15,104 nt of DNA from Candidatus Nanohaloarchaea archaeon (GTDB lineage Archaea; Nanohalarchaeota; Nanosalinia; Nanosalinales; Nanosalinaceae): contig JBLGBN010000019.1 in assembly GCA_047617745.1 (NCBI GenBank), positions 1-15,104 on the forward strand, in the 5' to 3' direction. Shown here in pieces: positions 1 through 7,935 of this stretch (positions are counted from its first letter, which is position 1; each line of letters begins with the position of its first letter). The position numbers and the translations under genes are program-made. The notes under the pieces are model-generated. The model was not told the DNA's origin. It worked only from the letters and a program-made list of their open reading frames with translations, and made no database searches.

Positions 1-827
1 GTGTTTCTACCAGGTCTGCTGTTGAAAGTGACTGTTTCAACTGATTCTCCGCGGAAAGTTGCCTCTCTGCTCTGTTCTCCCAGATTTATTTCAAGTGTTT
101 TAGCGCTCTTCTCAAAGTTCTTCACGTCCACTGTGGTATTTTCTTCTCCGACATCAAGTCCGATTATCCCATGTCTATTCCTCCTCTCCGTTTCCATAAT
201 CTTGAAATTTCTGTTCTGTGACTTCATGCTTTCTATTACAGGTTTTGCTCTTTCCTCGCTTATAGTCTGATCAAGATCGCTCGCTATAAATATATCGCCC
301 TGCAGCCGCTGCGCTGCTCTCAGACCTGAAATAATATCCGTCCCGGTTTCTGCAGGTTCAACCTGATCAATGATAGAACGTGCCTGATCTGGAGGTATAT
401 TCTCAGCCAGAAGCCTTGAATCGCTGTCCACTACTATTACAGAGTTTTGTTTGCCTATGTTGTCTTTCAGAAAGTTTTTCTCATCCGACAGTTCCGCCAT
501 GCTCCCTGACCTGTCCAGAATAAGAACGGAGTTTTCGGGTGAGCCAGTGCCCTCTGTGTATGGCTCTGCAAATGCAAATGCAAATGCAGTTATCGCTATT
601 ATCTGTAGAATAAGAACCAGGTTTCTCTGGATTATTTTTAGGGCTCTACTGGTCGACTCCGAGTCGCCTTCGCTCTGGAAGAACATGAAGGAAGGCATGA
701 CCTTCCGTTCAGGATCTTTTTTCACCAGATAAAATATTATCAGAGGTATAAGAGCGGCCAGTCCAAGCAGACCTGCTGGATTCAGGAAGTAGTTGCTGAG
801 AACCGGTTGAATTGTTTCAAGGACCAT
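1..827 (-). CDS. BatA (aerotolerance regulator N-terminal) domain plus vWA domain membrane protein, 3' end outside the window
   Basis: Not in the ORF track because it runs off the window; translated by hand from ATG at 827: MVLETIQPVLSNYFLNPAGLLGLAALIPLIIFYLVKKDPERKVMPSFMFF...LVLILQIIAITAFAFAFAEPY (BatA-type FxNP...LIPLIIxYL...PSxxF...LQ...AxP). It is followed by VLILDRSGSM (vWA MIDAS DxSxS), GTDI and IFIASD. Confidence 0.85.
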   Translation of the reverse strand, partial: MVLETIQPVLSNYFLNPAGLLGLAALIPLIIFYLVKKDPERKVMPSFMFFQSEGDSESTSRALKIIQRNLVLILQIIAITAFAFAFAEPYTEGTGSPENSVLILDRSGSMAELSDEKNFLKDNIGKQNSVIVVDSDSRLLAENIPPDQARSIIDQVEPAETGTDIISGLRAAQRLQGDIFIASDLDQTISEERAKPVIESMKSQNRNFKIMETERRNRHGIIGLDVGEENTTVDVKNFEKSAKTLEINLGEQSREATFRGESVETVTFNSRPGRN

Positions 828-866
828 TATCTATGATTTCGGTATCTTTGAGATTCAATTTTTGTT

Positions 867-3560
867 TTACTGCTTCTTTTCGATACGTTCCATTACCTGA
901 CTGTGTAACTGTTGTAGACGCTCCTTTTTATCTTCCATCTTCACGACATCCGTGCTTCCCTGGAGCAGCAGGTTGTGGCTGAAAGGCGAAGGAATATCCG
1001 TTTCCACAACGTCAAGATCTATCTCTCCCTCACCGATCTTCTCCACTACTTCTCTGGTATGCTTGATATCCATCGCATCCTCCATGATCTCCCTGTAAGT
1101 CTCCCGGATCATTGGGAAATCCTCACCGTGCTCGTTCCTCAGTGTAGAGATCAGGAAATGTCCTTTCATCTGCTGCTGGCCAACAGTCTTCTCGTTCCCG
1201 CCATAGTTTCTCAGGATCATCAGGGACCTCCCTGCGACGTGTCGGAACCTTCTCTTCATTAGCTCGGTCTTCGCAACCGCGTTCTTGAGTTCTTCCTCGA
1301 GATCACATTCTGTCAGCTGTTCGATAAGTCTATCAATGTCGATCGGTCTCCTCGGAGTGATCAAGATAAAACCGTTGTCGTCAATCACCATTCCAATGTT
1401 GGACCCAATCCTTTTCTGGAGTAGGTGAGCCAGTATCCTTGCCATTGCGTCGTGCGCCCTCCTTCCGTAGATTGTGTGGAATATGAAGTTCTGCCGGTTG
1501 TCGTCGTCAATGTATTTCTCGACTGTAATATTTTCATGCGTGGATACAGTTCCCAGAAAATCTTTCTGCTCCTTGATGTAGCTGTAGATAGCTTCAGCGG
1601 TGTTTTCGTCTAGGTAGTAGTTGTGCATTATCCACTGGATGATATCATCATCTCCAGCACCCATTTCCAGCTGTTTTGCGACCTGATCCCTGAACTTTCC
1701 GATCTTAACCCCGAGATCATAGGAAAGTGGAAGCCGTTCCGAGTACCAGGAAGGAACTGTTGGCGAAGCGTTCGGCTTCGGATCAACGAAGACTTTCATA
1801 CCTTTAGCGTAGCTGAACTTGTAGGTCGATCCCCCAAGAGTGAAGATATCGCCTTTGGTTAAACGATCTAGGAATTCCTCGTCTAGAGATCCGACATAGT
1901 TTTTGTTTCCTCGTGTTACCACATCGTATCCTGTTTCATCGGGTATAGTTCCGATGTTTGTCATGTATATTACTCGGGTCATCTTCCCGCTTCTACCGAA
2001 CCTTCCTTCGTCCCTATCTATCCAGATCTTCCTGTAAACGTTCTGGTCCTCCAGTTCGTACTCACCTCCCAAATACTTCATCACCTGGTCGAAGTCCTCT
2101 CTGGAAAGATCGCTGTAGCAGTAGCTTCTCCTGATCAAGTTGAATGCGTGCTCTATGTTCCACTTGTGGTCGCATGCCATCCCAACCATGTGCTGTGCCA
2201 GAACGTCGAGGCAACCTGTCGGTATCTGTATCTTGTCGAGCTCATCCTCCTTCGCACACTTTGTCAACACAGAACATTCCATCGCATCATCTCTATCGAC
2301 AACTATCATCTTTCCTTTGGCTTTCTCTCCTATCTGGTGTCCGGACCTACCGATTCTCTGGATGCCTCTGGCGACTCCTTTTGGTGATCCTAGCTGTAGA
2401 ACCAGGTCGACCGATCCTATGTCTACACCAAGCTCGAGCGAGGTTGAGGTCACTCCTACCTGCAGATTTCCTTTCTTCAGGTTCTCCTCCACCTCCAGCC
2501 TTTTTTCTCTGGACATTGAAGAGTGGTGAGCCCCGATATTCTCATCGTAGTGGTCCGGGAACCGTTCTTTCAAGTTGTTGACAACTCTCTCTGTAGCCGA
2601 CCTGGTATTTGTGAATATTATAGTGGACTCGTGGTCCTGTATCAGGTTATGCATCTGATCGTACATTGCCTCGTTGATTTCCTGTGGCGGGGTATGGATT
2701 AGATCTCTTACCGGTGAAACGGTCTCAAGATCGATCTCTTTGGATGCGGCTACGTCTACAATTGTACATCCCCGTGTCTCATAATCTTCTTCATCTGCTT
2801 CCTCTGCAGCTTTTATGGTTTCGTCGTACTCTGTTTCGTCTTCCCAGGTCTCCTCCTCAACGTCATAGCCTACCAGATATTTGGCGATCTCATCGATCGG
2901 TGCCTGGGTCGCGGATAAACCTATCCGGGTTGGAGATTCATTTGCAAGATCTTCAAGCCTTTCCATTGACATTGACAGGTGGACGCCTCGCTTGTTTTCC
3001 GACAGCGAGTGTATCTCATCTACTATAGCATATTTGACGTTTCTCAGTTTCTCCCTGAACTTTGGTGAGGAGAGAAGAATTCCCAGAGATTCTGGGGTTG
3101 TTATCATTATGTGCGGTGGTTTATCCCGCATCTTGGCTTTCTCCGCGTCTGTTGTGTCGCCGGATCTTACCGCGCTTCTGACCTCGGGGACATCGTAGCC
3201 CATTTCCTCGGCTTTCTCCTTGATGCCGTTGAGAGGCTCGTCAAGGTTTCTCTCTATATCGTTTCCAAGAGCTCTGAGTGGGGAAACGTATAGAACGTAG
3301 ACCTCGTCGTCCAGCTCTCCTTTATCCCCCATCATGAAGAGTTCGTTCAGCGCAGACATGAAAGCGCTCAAAGTTTTTCCAGAGCCGGTTGGCGCACATA
3401 TCAGAGAGTTCTCGTCGTTATGGATAAGATCAAAGGAGTATTTCTGTGGCTGGCTTAGACCGGGGAACTGGTCGTTGAACCACTCTTTGACATACGGTTC
3501 GAAGTCTTCCGGCAGTGTTTCGGATGCGTCATTTTCGTCTACAAATTTTATCTCGCTCAT
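867..3560 (-). CDS. lhr: ATP-dependent DNA helicase, Lhr family (SF2)
   Basis: 897 aa; APTGSGKT, SPLRAL, TTPESL, DEIH, LSAT, AHHSSMS, TSLELGVD, QRIGRSGH, LDVLAQH, NIGTIPD, VPSWYSE and SPFSHNL motifs typical of archaeal Lhr. Confidence 0.95.
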   Translation of the reverse strand: MSEIKFVDENDASETLPEDFEPYVKEWFNDQFPGLSQPQKYSFDLIHNDENSLICAPTGSGKTLSAFMSALNELFMMGDKGELDDEVYVLYVSPLRALGNDIERNLDEPLNGIKEKAEEMGYDVPEVRSAVRSGDTTDAEKAKMRDKPPHIMITTPESLGILLSSPKFREKLRNVKYAIVDEIHSLSENKRGVHLSMSMERLEDLANESPTRIGLSATQAPIDEIAKYLVGYDVEEETWEDETEYDETIKAAEEADEEDYETRGCTIVDVAASKEIDLETVSPVRDLIHTPPQEINEAMYDQMHNLIQDHESTIIFTNTRSATERVVNNLKERFPDHYDENIGAHHSSMSREKRLEVEENLKKGNLQVGVTSTSLELGVDIGSVDLVLQLGSPKGVARGIQRIGRSGHQIGEKAKGKMIVVDRDDAMECSVLTKCAKEDELDKIQIPTGCLDVLAQHMVGMACDHKWNIEHAFNLIRRSYCYSDLSREDFDQVMKYLGGEYELEDQNVYRKIWIDRDEGRFGRSGKMTRVIYMTNIGTIPDETGYDVVTRGNKNYVGSLDEEFLDRLTKGDIFTLGGSTYKFSYAKGMKVFVDPKPNASPTVPSWYSERLPLSYDLGVKIGKFRDQVAKQLEMGAGDDDIIQWIMHNYYLDENTAEAIYSYIKEQKDFLGTVSTHENITVEKYIDDDNRQNFIFHTIYGRRAHDAMARILAHLLQKRIGSNIGMVIDDNGFILITPRRPIDIDRLIEQLTECDLEEELKNAVAKTELMKRRFRHVAGRSLMILRNYGGNEKTVGQQQMKGHFLISTLRNEHGEDFPMIRETYREIMEDAMDIKHTREVVEKIGEGEIDLDVVETDIPSPFSHNLLLQGSTDVVKMEDKKERLQQLHSQVMERIEKKQ

Positions 3561-3591
3561 AAACTAAAGAATGTATACAACCTTTAAGAGG

Positions 3592-4425
3592 CTACAAGCG
3601 CTCAGCTGTCTTCTCAAATAGAAGCGCTGATATAGCGGTTAAGATGCTTATTACCGGGTTGATTGCGTAGAAGAACAGAGAGGCTATTAGGATTATAATA
3701 CCAAGATTTGCGCTGATCAGATTTCTAGTTGCTTCTCCGGCTCTTTCCGCCATGTCTATCGACTCGGCGTTTTCAGTGGTCCGGTTCGCAAGTTGTTCCG
3801 GTATCTGGTTCTGGGCTCCGGTAAATGCTTGATCTAGTTCTGCATTCTGTTGCTCGCTGAACTCTGTTTCATTGAGTACGTAGGACCGGGTGAGAAGTAC
3901 AGTGTTTTCGCTTGTTTGAGTTACTATCTGTGTCCCTGCTTCTTCCTGAATGCTTGCGAGATCAGTCTGCTCCATTATAAATTCGGTCTGTTTCTCAGAT
4001 ACCTGTGCTATATTATTTACAACATTCTGCCGGACATCCGGTTGAGTTTGAGCCGCTCCAAAGGCTATGCTGCCGAGTATCAAACCGGTGAAAACCATCG
4101 GCATCAGTGTGGCATTACTGTAGTTTTTGAAACCGGTTCCACTGGAGAAAAGCGATACTAGGGTATTACTTACAGGTATGAAGACCGCTATGAAACCCAT
4201 AAAGGCGCTTACAGGCATAAATATAAGTGTTACAGAGCTTAGCATAGAAGCAGTGTTGAAACCTTCTCTTGAGATGTATGCGGTGTATCCATACAGTATA
4301 GTTATCGGTAGGAGCGCTACCAGCGTTAAAATGCGTCCTGGATCGACGAAATAAGCTGCGGAGATTGCTAGCAGCGCCAAGGATGACTGGCCAACATATT
4401 CGATGTAGTCTTCGTCAAGATCCAT
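3592..4425 (-). CDS. Hypothetical integral membrane protein
   Basis: 277 aa; several N-terminal hydrophobic segments, a central acidic Q/E/T-rich soluble region and a C-terminal hydrophobic hairpin; TATA-like TTTAAAAA lies roughly 25-30 nt upstream of the ATG. Confidence 0.8.
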   Translation of the reverse strand: MDLDEDYIEYVGQSSLALLAISAAYFVDPGRILTLVALLPITILYGYTAYISREGFNTASMLSSVTLIFMPVSAFMGFIAVFIPVSNTLVSLFSSGTGFKNYSNATLMPMVFTGLILGSIAFGAAQTQPDVRQNVVNNIAQVSEKQTEFIMEQTDLASIQEEAGTQIVTQTSENTVLLTRSYVLNETEFSEQQNAELDQAFTGAQNQIPEQLANRTTENAESIDMAERAGEATRNLISANLGIIILIASLFFYAINPVISILTAISALLFEKTAERL

Positions 4426-4451
4426 TGTAAACCAGTTCTCTTTCCATATTT

Positions 4452-5387
4452 TTAAACTCCGACGATCTCTGAGTAAAAAGCCTCTGCGTGGCCTTTATCC
4501 TTCGCCTCTATTATTGCTCTACCGTCCTGGAAAAAAGTCGCGCTTCTCCCGTTTATCTCTGCTCTTATCAGGTAGCTGTTTTCCGTGAAGCGGTCGCACC
4601 GCTCCTTAATTTTCTCAAATATCTTCTTTGAATGATCTCTCTCCACCTGGTACTTATTCTCCCCGCATACTGCTGTGGTTTTTCTCTCAGAATCAAGGTG
4701 AGGGTATTTCTTATTTCTGCAGACTTTGCATCCAGGGTTTTCAATATTGAATTCCTCCCCGCCTACTGTTTCTAACTTCTCGCTTACTTCTTTCCCTGCC
4801 AGGAACTTCACAGCTTTCATTGAAGACTTTGACGCGGCGATTGTTGAAACCTCTCTCATTATACCTGAAGTTTCACATGTTTCCAGACTTCCCGCATTTA
4901 TGTCGTCGAATATGCAGTTGAAGCATTTATCCTGGAACAACATCGAGTAGCCTTTCTCCCCTAGAGCAGAGGTGTATATCCATGGCTTGCTGTTTTTCCT
5001 GCAGTACTCGCTGATCAGGAACCGTGTTTCGAGGTTGTCGGTTCCGTCCATAACGAGATCTGCATCCTCCAGAATATCCAGGTTCTCAGGGTTCAGGCTA
5101 GCGACTTCGGCCTCTACCTCTGTTAGAGAGGAAAGGAATTCTTCTGCCGCCTTTGCTTTTGGCATCGACTTTTCGCATTGCTCTGGAGTATATATGTTAG
5201 AGGAATAGCAATCGTTTGGCTCAAGATAGTCTCTATCTATCAAGGTGAGATTGACGCCATGCCGGGCAAGGCTCTCAGCTATCACAGATCCTGTAGCTCC
5301 AAGACCTACTACTGCTACAGTCGAGTTCTGAAGCATTTCAAGATCTTTCTCGCTGTAGTTTTCCAGGGCTTTGAAACGGCTGTACAT
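4452..5387 (-). CDS. ThiF/MoeB/HesA family E1-like protein with a C-terminal extension domain and a degenerate ATP-binding loop
   Basis: YSR N-terminus, GLGATG nucleotide loop, DRD, MPKA, DGTDNLETR, CFNC and CKVC zinc pairs, TCETSG catalytic-Cys region; C-terminal CG..FQDGRAII domain resembles Bacillus-type MoeB/ThiF. Confidence 0.9.
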   Translation of the reverse strand: MYSRFKALENYSEKDLEMLQNSTVAVVGLGATGSVIAESLARHGVNLTLIDRDYLEPNDCYSSNIYTPEQCEKSMPKAKAAEEFLSSLTEVEAEVASLNPENLDILEDADLVMDGTDNLETRFLISEYCRKNSKPWIYTSALGEKGYSMLFQDKCFNCIFDDINAGSLETCETSGIMREVSTIAASKSSMKAVKFLAGKEVSEKLETVGGEEFNIENPGCKVCRNKKYPHLDSERKTTAVCGENKYQVERDHSKKIFEKIKERCDRFTENSYLIRAEINGRSATFFQDGRAIIEAKDKGHAEAFYSEIVGV

Positions 5388-5409
5388 AGTAGATGGTCAG
5401 AGCCTGAAG

Positions 5410-5421
5410 TTTTTATTAAAA
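5410..5421. promoter_or_regulatory. Shared AT-rich TATA element between the divergent ThiF-like and mscS genes
   Basis: TTTTTATTAAAA lies 23-34 nt upstream of the minus-strand ATG at 5387 and 32-43 nt upstream of the plus-strand ATG at 5453. Confidence 0.5.
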
Positions 5422-5452
5422 CTGCTCTAACTAGTTAATCTGTGATTACAAA

Positions 5453-6286
5453 ATGATATCGCAGATAATTGGGCTTTTGAACAGTTCTGTTACAGTTCTT
5501 GGAGCTGAGATAACCGGTCTAATGGTTGTAATAGCTGCAGGAATCGCTGTATCAGGTTTTGTCGCTAACAAAATAAGCAATGTTCTGGTTGACAGAGCAG
5601 TCAAAAGGAGAAACGGTGATCAACATGCAACAAAGACAGCCAAAAAGCTTACTGCTTACATTATATACCCTCTAACATTCGTAGTGATCTTGGGGGTGTT
5701 TGGGTTCCCGCTTTCCTCGATCGGGGCAGCAGTAGGACTGATAGGTTTAGGACTGTCTTTCGCCTTGAAAGATATGATCTCCAACTTTATCTCAGGTCTA
5801 TTTATCATGATCAACCGGCCGTTCAAGATCGGCGACCAGATAGAGGTCGGCGGCGAGGCTGGAACCGTACAGGATATCAAGATCAGGGCAACCGAGATCA
5901 AGACCTACGACGGTCGACAGGTGATAGTTCCGAATTCAACACTCTACAACGGAACAGTAATCAACAACACCGCCTACGACAACAGAAGGTTCGAAGTCAT
6001 AGTCGGAATCGGTTACGAGGAAGATATAGAGGAAGCCAAAGAACTGGCGATCGAAACACTGGAAGAAGCAAGTACAGTTGAAGCAGATCCAGAACCACAG
6101 GTACTGGTGAACGAACTCGGAGGATCATCCGTCAACCTAAAACTGAGAGGATGGACAAAACCTTCGAAAGCAAACATGGTCAAGTCAGCTTCAGAAGTAA
6201 CACAGATCGTCAAAGAGAAATACGACGAAGCCGGAATCGACATACCATACCCAATCCGAACAATCTACATGAACAATGAGCAATAG
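5453..6286 (+). CDS. mscS: Small-conductance mechanosensitive channel
   Basis: Three TM helices, then GLGLSFALKDMISNFISGLFIMINRPFKIGDQIEVGG..GTV..I.IRAT...DG..V.VPNS, and C-terminal GIDIPYP. Confidence 0.95.
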   Translation: MISQIIGLLNSSVTVLGAEITGLMVVIAAGIAVSGFVANKISNVLVDRAVKRRNGDQHATKTAKKLTAYIIYPLTFVVILGVFGFPLSSIGAAVGLIGLGLSFALKDMISNFISGLFIMINRPFKIGDQIEVGGEAGTVQDIKIRATEIKTYDGRQVIVPNSTLYNGTVINNTAYDNRRFEVIVGIGYEEDIEEAKELAIETLEEASTVEADPEPQVLVNELGGSSVNLKLRGWTKPSKANMVKSASEVTQIVKEKYDEAGIDIPYPIRTIYMNNEQ

Positions 6287-6401
6287 CAGACTCAATTTAG
6301 GAGGAGGGTTTTTCAACCAAATCTATAGTCGGCAGTGATTTAGAAGTTGGATAGACACTAGGCCTAAATCCCTCTATCCGATCGCTGTCGAGGATAGAAA
6401 T

Positions 6402-7274
6402 TTAGATGTTGTGGCTGTGTTCGACGATACCTGCGTGCTGAACGCCGAAGTTGAGGCTTGCAGAACCGCTGGCTGCATACGAACGGGAGGGGTAGCTTAC
6501 AGTCATCTCGACTTTTTCTATAATCTGGTAGTCGAAGTATTCTTCGTAGTTTCCGGTGCTTGAATACGAATATGTATTATTTGTAGTAGTTATCTGGACG
6601 CTATCAATGATCGCGTTCGTAGATTTACTGATTTCGACTCGGAATCCAGTTCCAGGGAATGTCTTATCAACTGTTCTGGTGATAGTTTGACCGTCATCCA
6701 CATTTATTTGGATTGTGGTTCCGGCGGTGTGCCAGTCCCAACCAACATTTTGACTCGCAGTCTCCGTCTGGCTTGCACCAAGTTCGCCAGGGGATTTTCC
6801 TTGTAACGTGTCCGCATCGTCCGCGTTCGGAACGTCTGCGTTATTGTTAACCCAGTTCTGGATGTCGGAAAAGTCCTGACCGTCAATTTGGTCTGCATTT
6901 AGTCCAGAGGTCTGTATTTGGTTGCTTGGTATTTGTTGTTGGTTGGTGTTCCAGATGGTGGTTCCGTTGTCGACTATGTCTTGGTTGTTGACGTTGTTTC
7001 CGTTGGATAAAACTTCTGAGAGAGTGGAGGATCCTCCGCCGGTGTTTTGGTTTACTGAGAACCATGATGTTCCAAGTGATGAGAACGCTAAACCACCAGC
7101 ACCTAAACCTGCCAACTTCAGGAATTTTCGTCTATCAATTTTGTTGTCCGTTTCCGAATTTTTCTGTTTCAGTTCTCTCTTCTCCTGTTCGAGTTTTTCT
7201 ACCTTCTTCTTCAGTTTCCTCGTCTTTTCCTCTACTTTCTGTTCTATCAGTTCGTCGATTTTTCCTTCATCCAT
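6402..7274 (-). CDS. Coiled-coil plus twin-arginine-motif surface protein with tail-fibre-like motifs
   Basis: 290 aa: charged coiled coil (aa 1-45), DRRKFLK followed by a Gly-rich hydrophobic segment (aa 47-72), N/Q-rich stalk with TLSEVLSNGN, NADQIDG and DADTLQG, then a beta-rich C-terminal domain ending HSHNI; TTTAAA lies 24-29 nt upstream. Confidence 0.75.
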   Translation of the reverse strand: MDEGKIDELIEQKVEEKTRKLKKKVEKLEQEKRELKQKNSETDNKIDRRKFLKLAGLGAGGLAFSSLGTSWFSVNQNTGGGSSTLSEVLSNGNNVNNQDIVDNGTTIWNTNQQQIPSNQIQTSGLNADQIDGQDFSDIQNWVNNNADVPNADDADTLQGKSPGELGASQTETASQNVGWDWHTAGTTIQINVDDGQTITRTVDKTFPGTGFRVEISKSTNAIIDSVQITTTNNTYSYSSTGNYEEYFDYQIIEKVEMTVSYPSRSYAASGSASLNFGVQHAGIVEHSHNI

Positions 7275-7361
7275 GCTGGCTAATTAACCGGATTGAATTT
7301 AAACTTTAGTGTACCCAGTCCTTATTTCTAAGATGATGTAGTAGAAGAGTTGGGATAATAG

Positions 7362-7435
7362 TGGGCCAGACGGGATTTGAACCCGCGACGGCTAGGTTAA
7401 GAGCCTAGTGCTCTGCCAGACTGAGCTACCGGCCC
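7362..7435 (-). tRNA. tRNA-Lys (anticodon CTT), intronless, CCA not encoded
   Basis: Reverse complement GGGCCGGTAGCTCAGTCTGGCAGAGCACTAGGCTCTTAACCTAGCCGTCGCGGGTTCAAATCCCGTCTGGCCCA folds as a cloverleaf; anticodon arm CTAGG-CTCTTAA-CCTAG; T loop TTCAAAT. Confidence 0.97.
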
Positions 7436-7474
7436 GCATTACTCAGTCTGGTTGGAAATTCTTTTTAACCCAAT

Positions 7475-7807
7475 CTATTCGAGCAATCTGTCTATATCTA
7501 TTTCTCCAACTATTTCTTCTACCGGCTGTAGGAGATCTTTCTTGGGTTCGGAGCCCATAAGTTTGTGGTAGGTAACTGTCAGATGGTAGGGTTCTTCCTC
7601 TCCCGCAATTGCTCTTACATTCAAAGCAGATTCATTCCGGTTTTCTCCATTGTAAATATCCACATATGTCAGGTCGCCTATATCTCTGGTTTCGGAGATC
7701 TCTAGGTCTTTCAGCTGGTTGTATTCGGAGTCTCCAATAGTTCTGGAGAGTTGATTTGAGGAGTCTCTACTGCTATATGTATCATTTTTGTCTCTGGCTA
7801 CTGCCAT
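7475..7807 (-). CDS. Hypothetical acidic protein (110 aa)
   Basis: Acidic composition like its neighbours; SD-like GAGGT about 9 nt upstream of the ATG; no family recognised. Confidence 0.7.
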   Translation of the reverse strand: MAVARDKNDTYSSRDSSNQLSRTIGDSEYNQLKDLEISETRDIGDLTYVDIYNGENRNESALNVRAIAGEEEPYHLTVTYHKLMGSEPKKDLLQPVEEIVGEIDIDRLLE

Positions 7808-7881
7808 CTATATAGACCTCGATAATTTTCTACCGGTTTTGAGTTATGGTGCCGTGTTTTGATGTTGTAGTTTTGTTTCAT
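7798..7881 (-). CDS. Possible 27-aa micro-ORF (MKQNYNIKTRHHNSKPVENYRGLYRWQ)
   Basis: Preceded by SD-like GAGGTTGAT; its stop overlaps the start of the 110-aa ORF. Below the ORF-track cutoff. Confidence 0.3.
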   Translation of the reverse strand: MKQNYNIKTRHHNSKPVENYRGLYRWQ

Positions 7882-7935
7882 GTTATCAACCTCGAAGAAT
7901 TATTCAGAAAGTGAAGTGAGGTCGACCTTTGGAAA

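Noticed and set aside
567..588. TGCAAA tandem repeat
   Set aside because: Encodes AFAFAFA in a TM helix of the BatA protein; too short to be a functional array.
1..3567. Many plus-strand ORFs in the track (1..270, 451..732, 975..1262, 2140..2581, 2684..3198 and others)
   Set aside because: Antisense shadows of the BatA/vWA and lhr genes; their Ser/Phe-rich composition is what the reverse strand of acidic-protein codons gives.
6402..6780. Fibre tip as a diversity-generating retroelement target
   Set aside because: No template repeat and no reverse transcriptase gene in the window.
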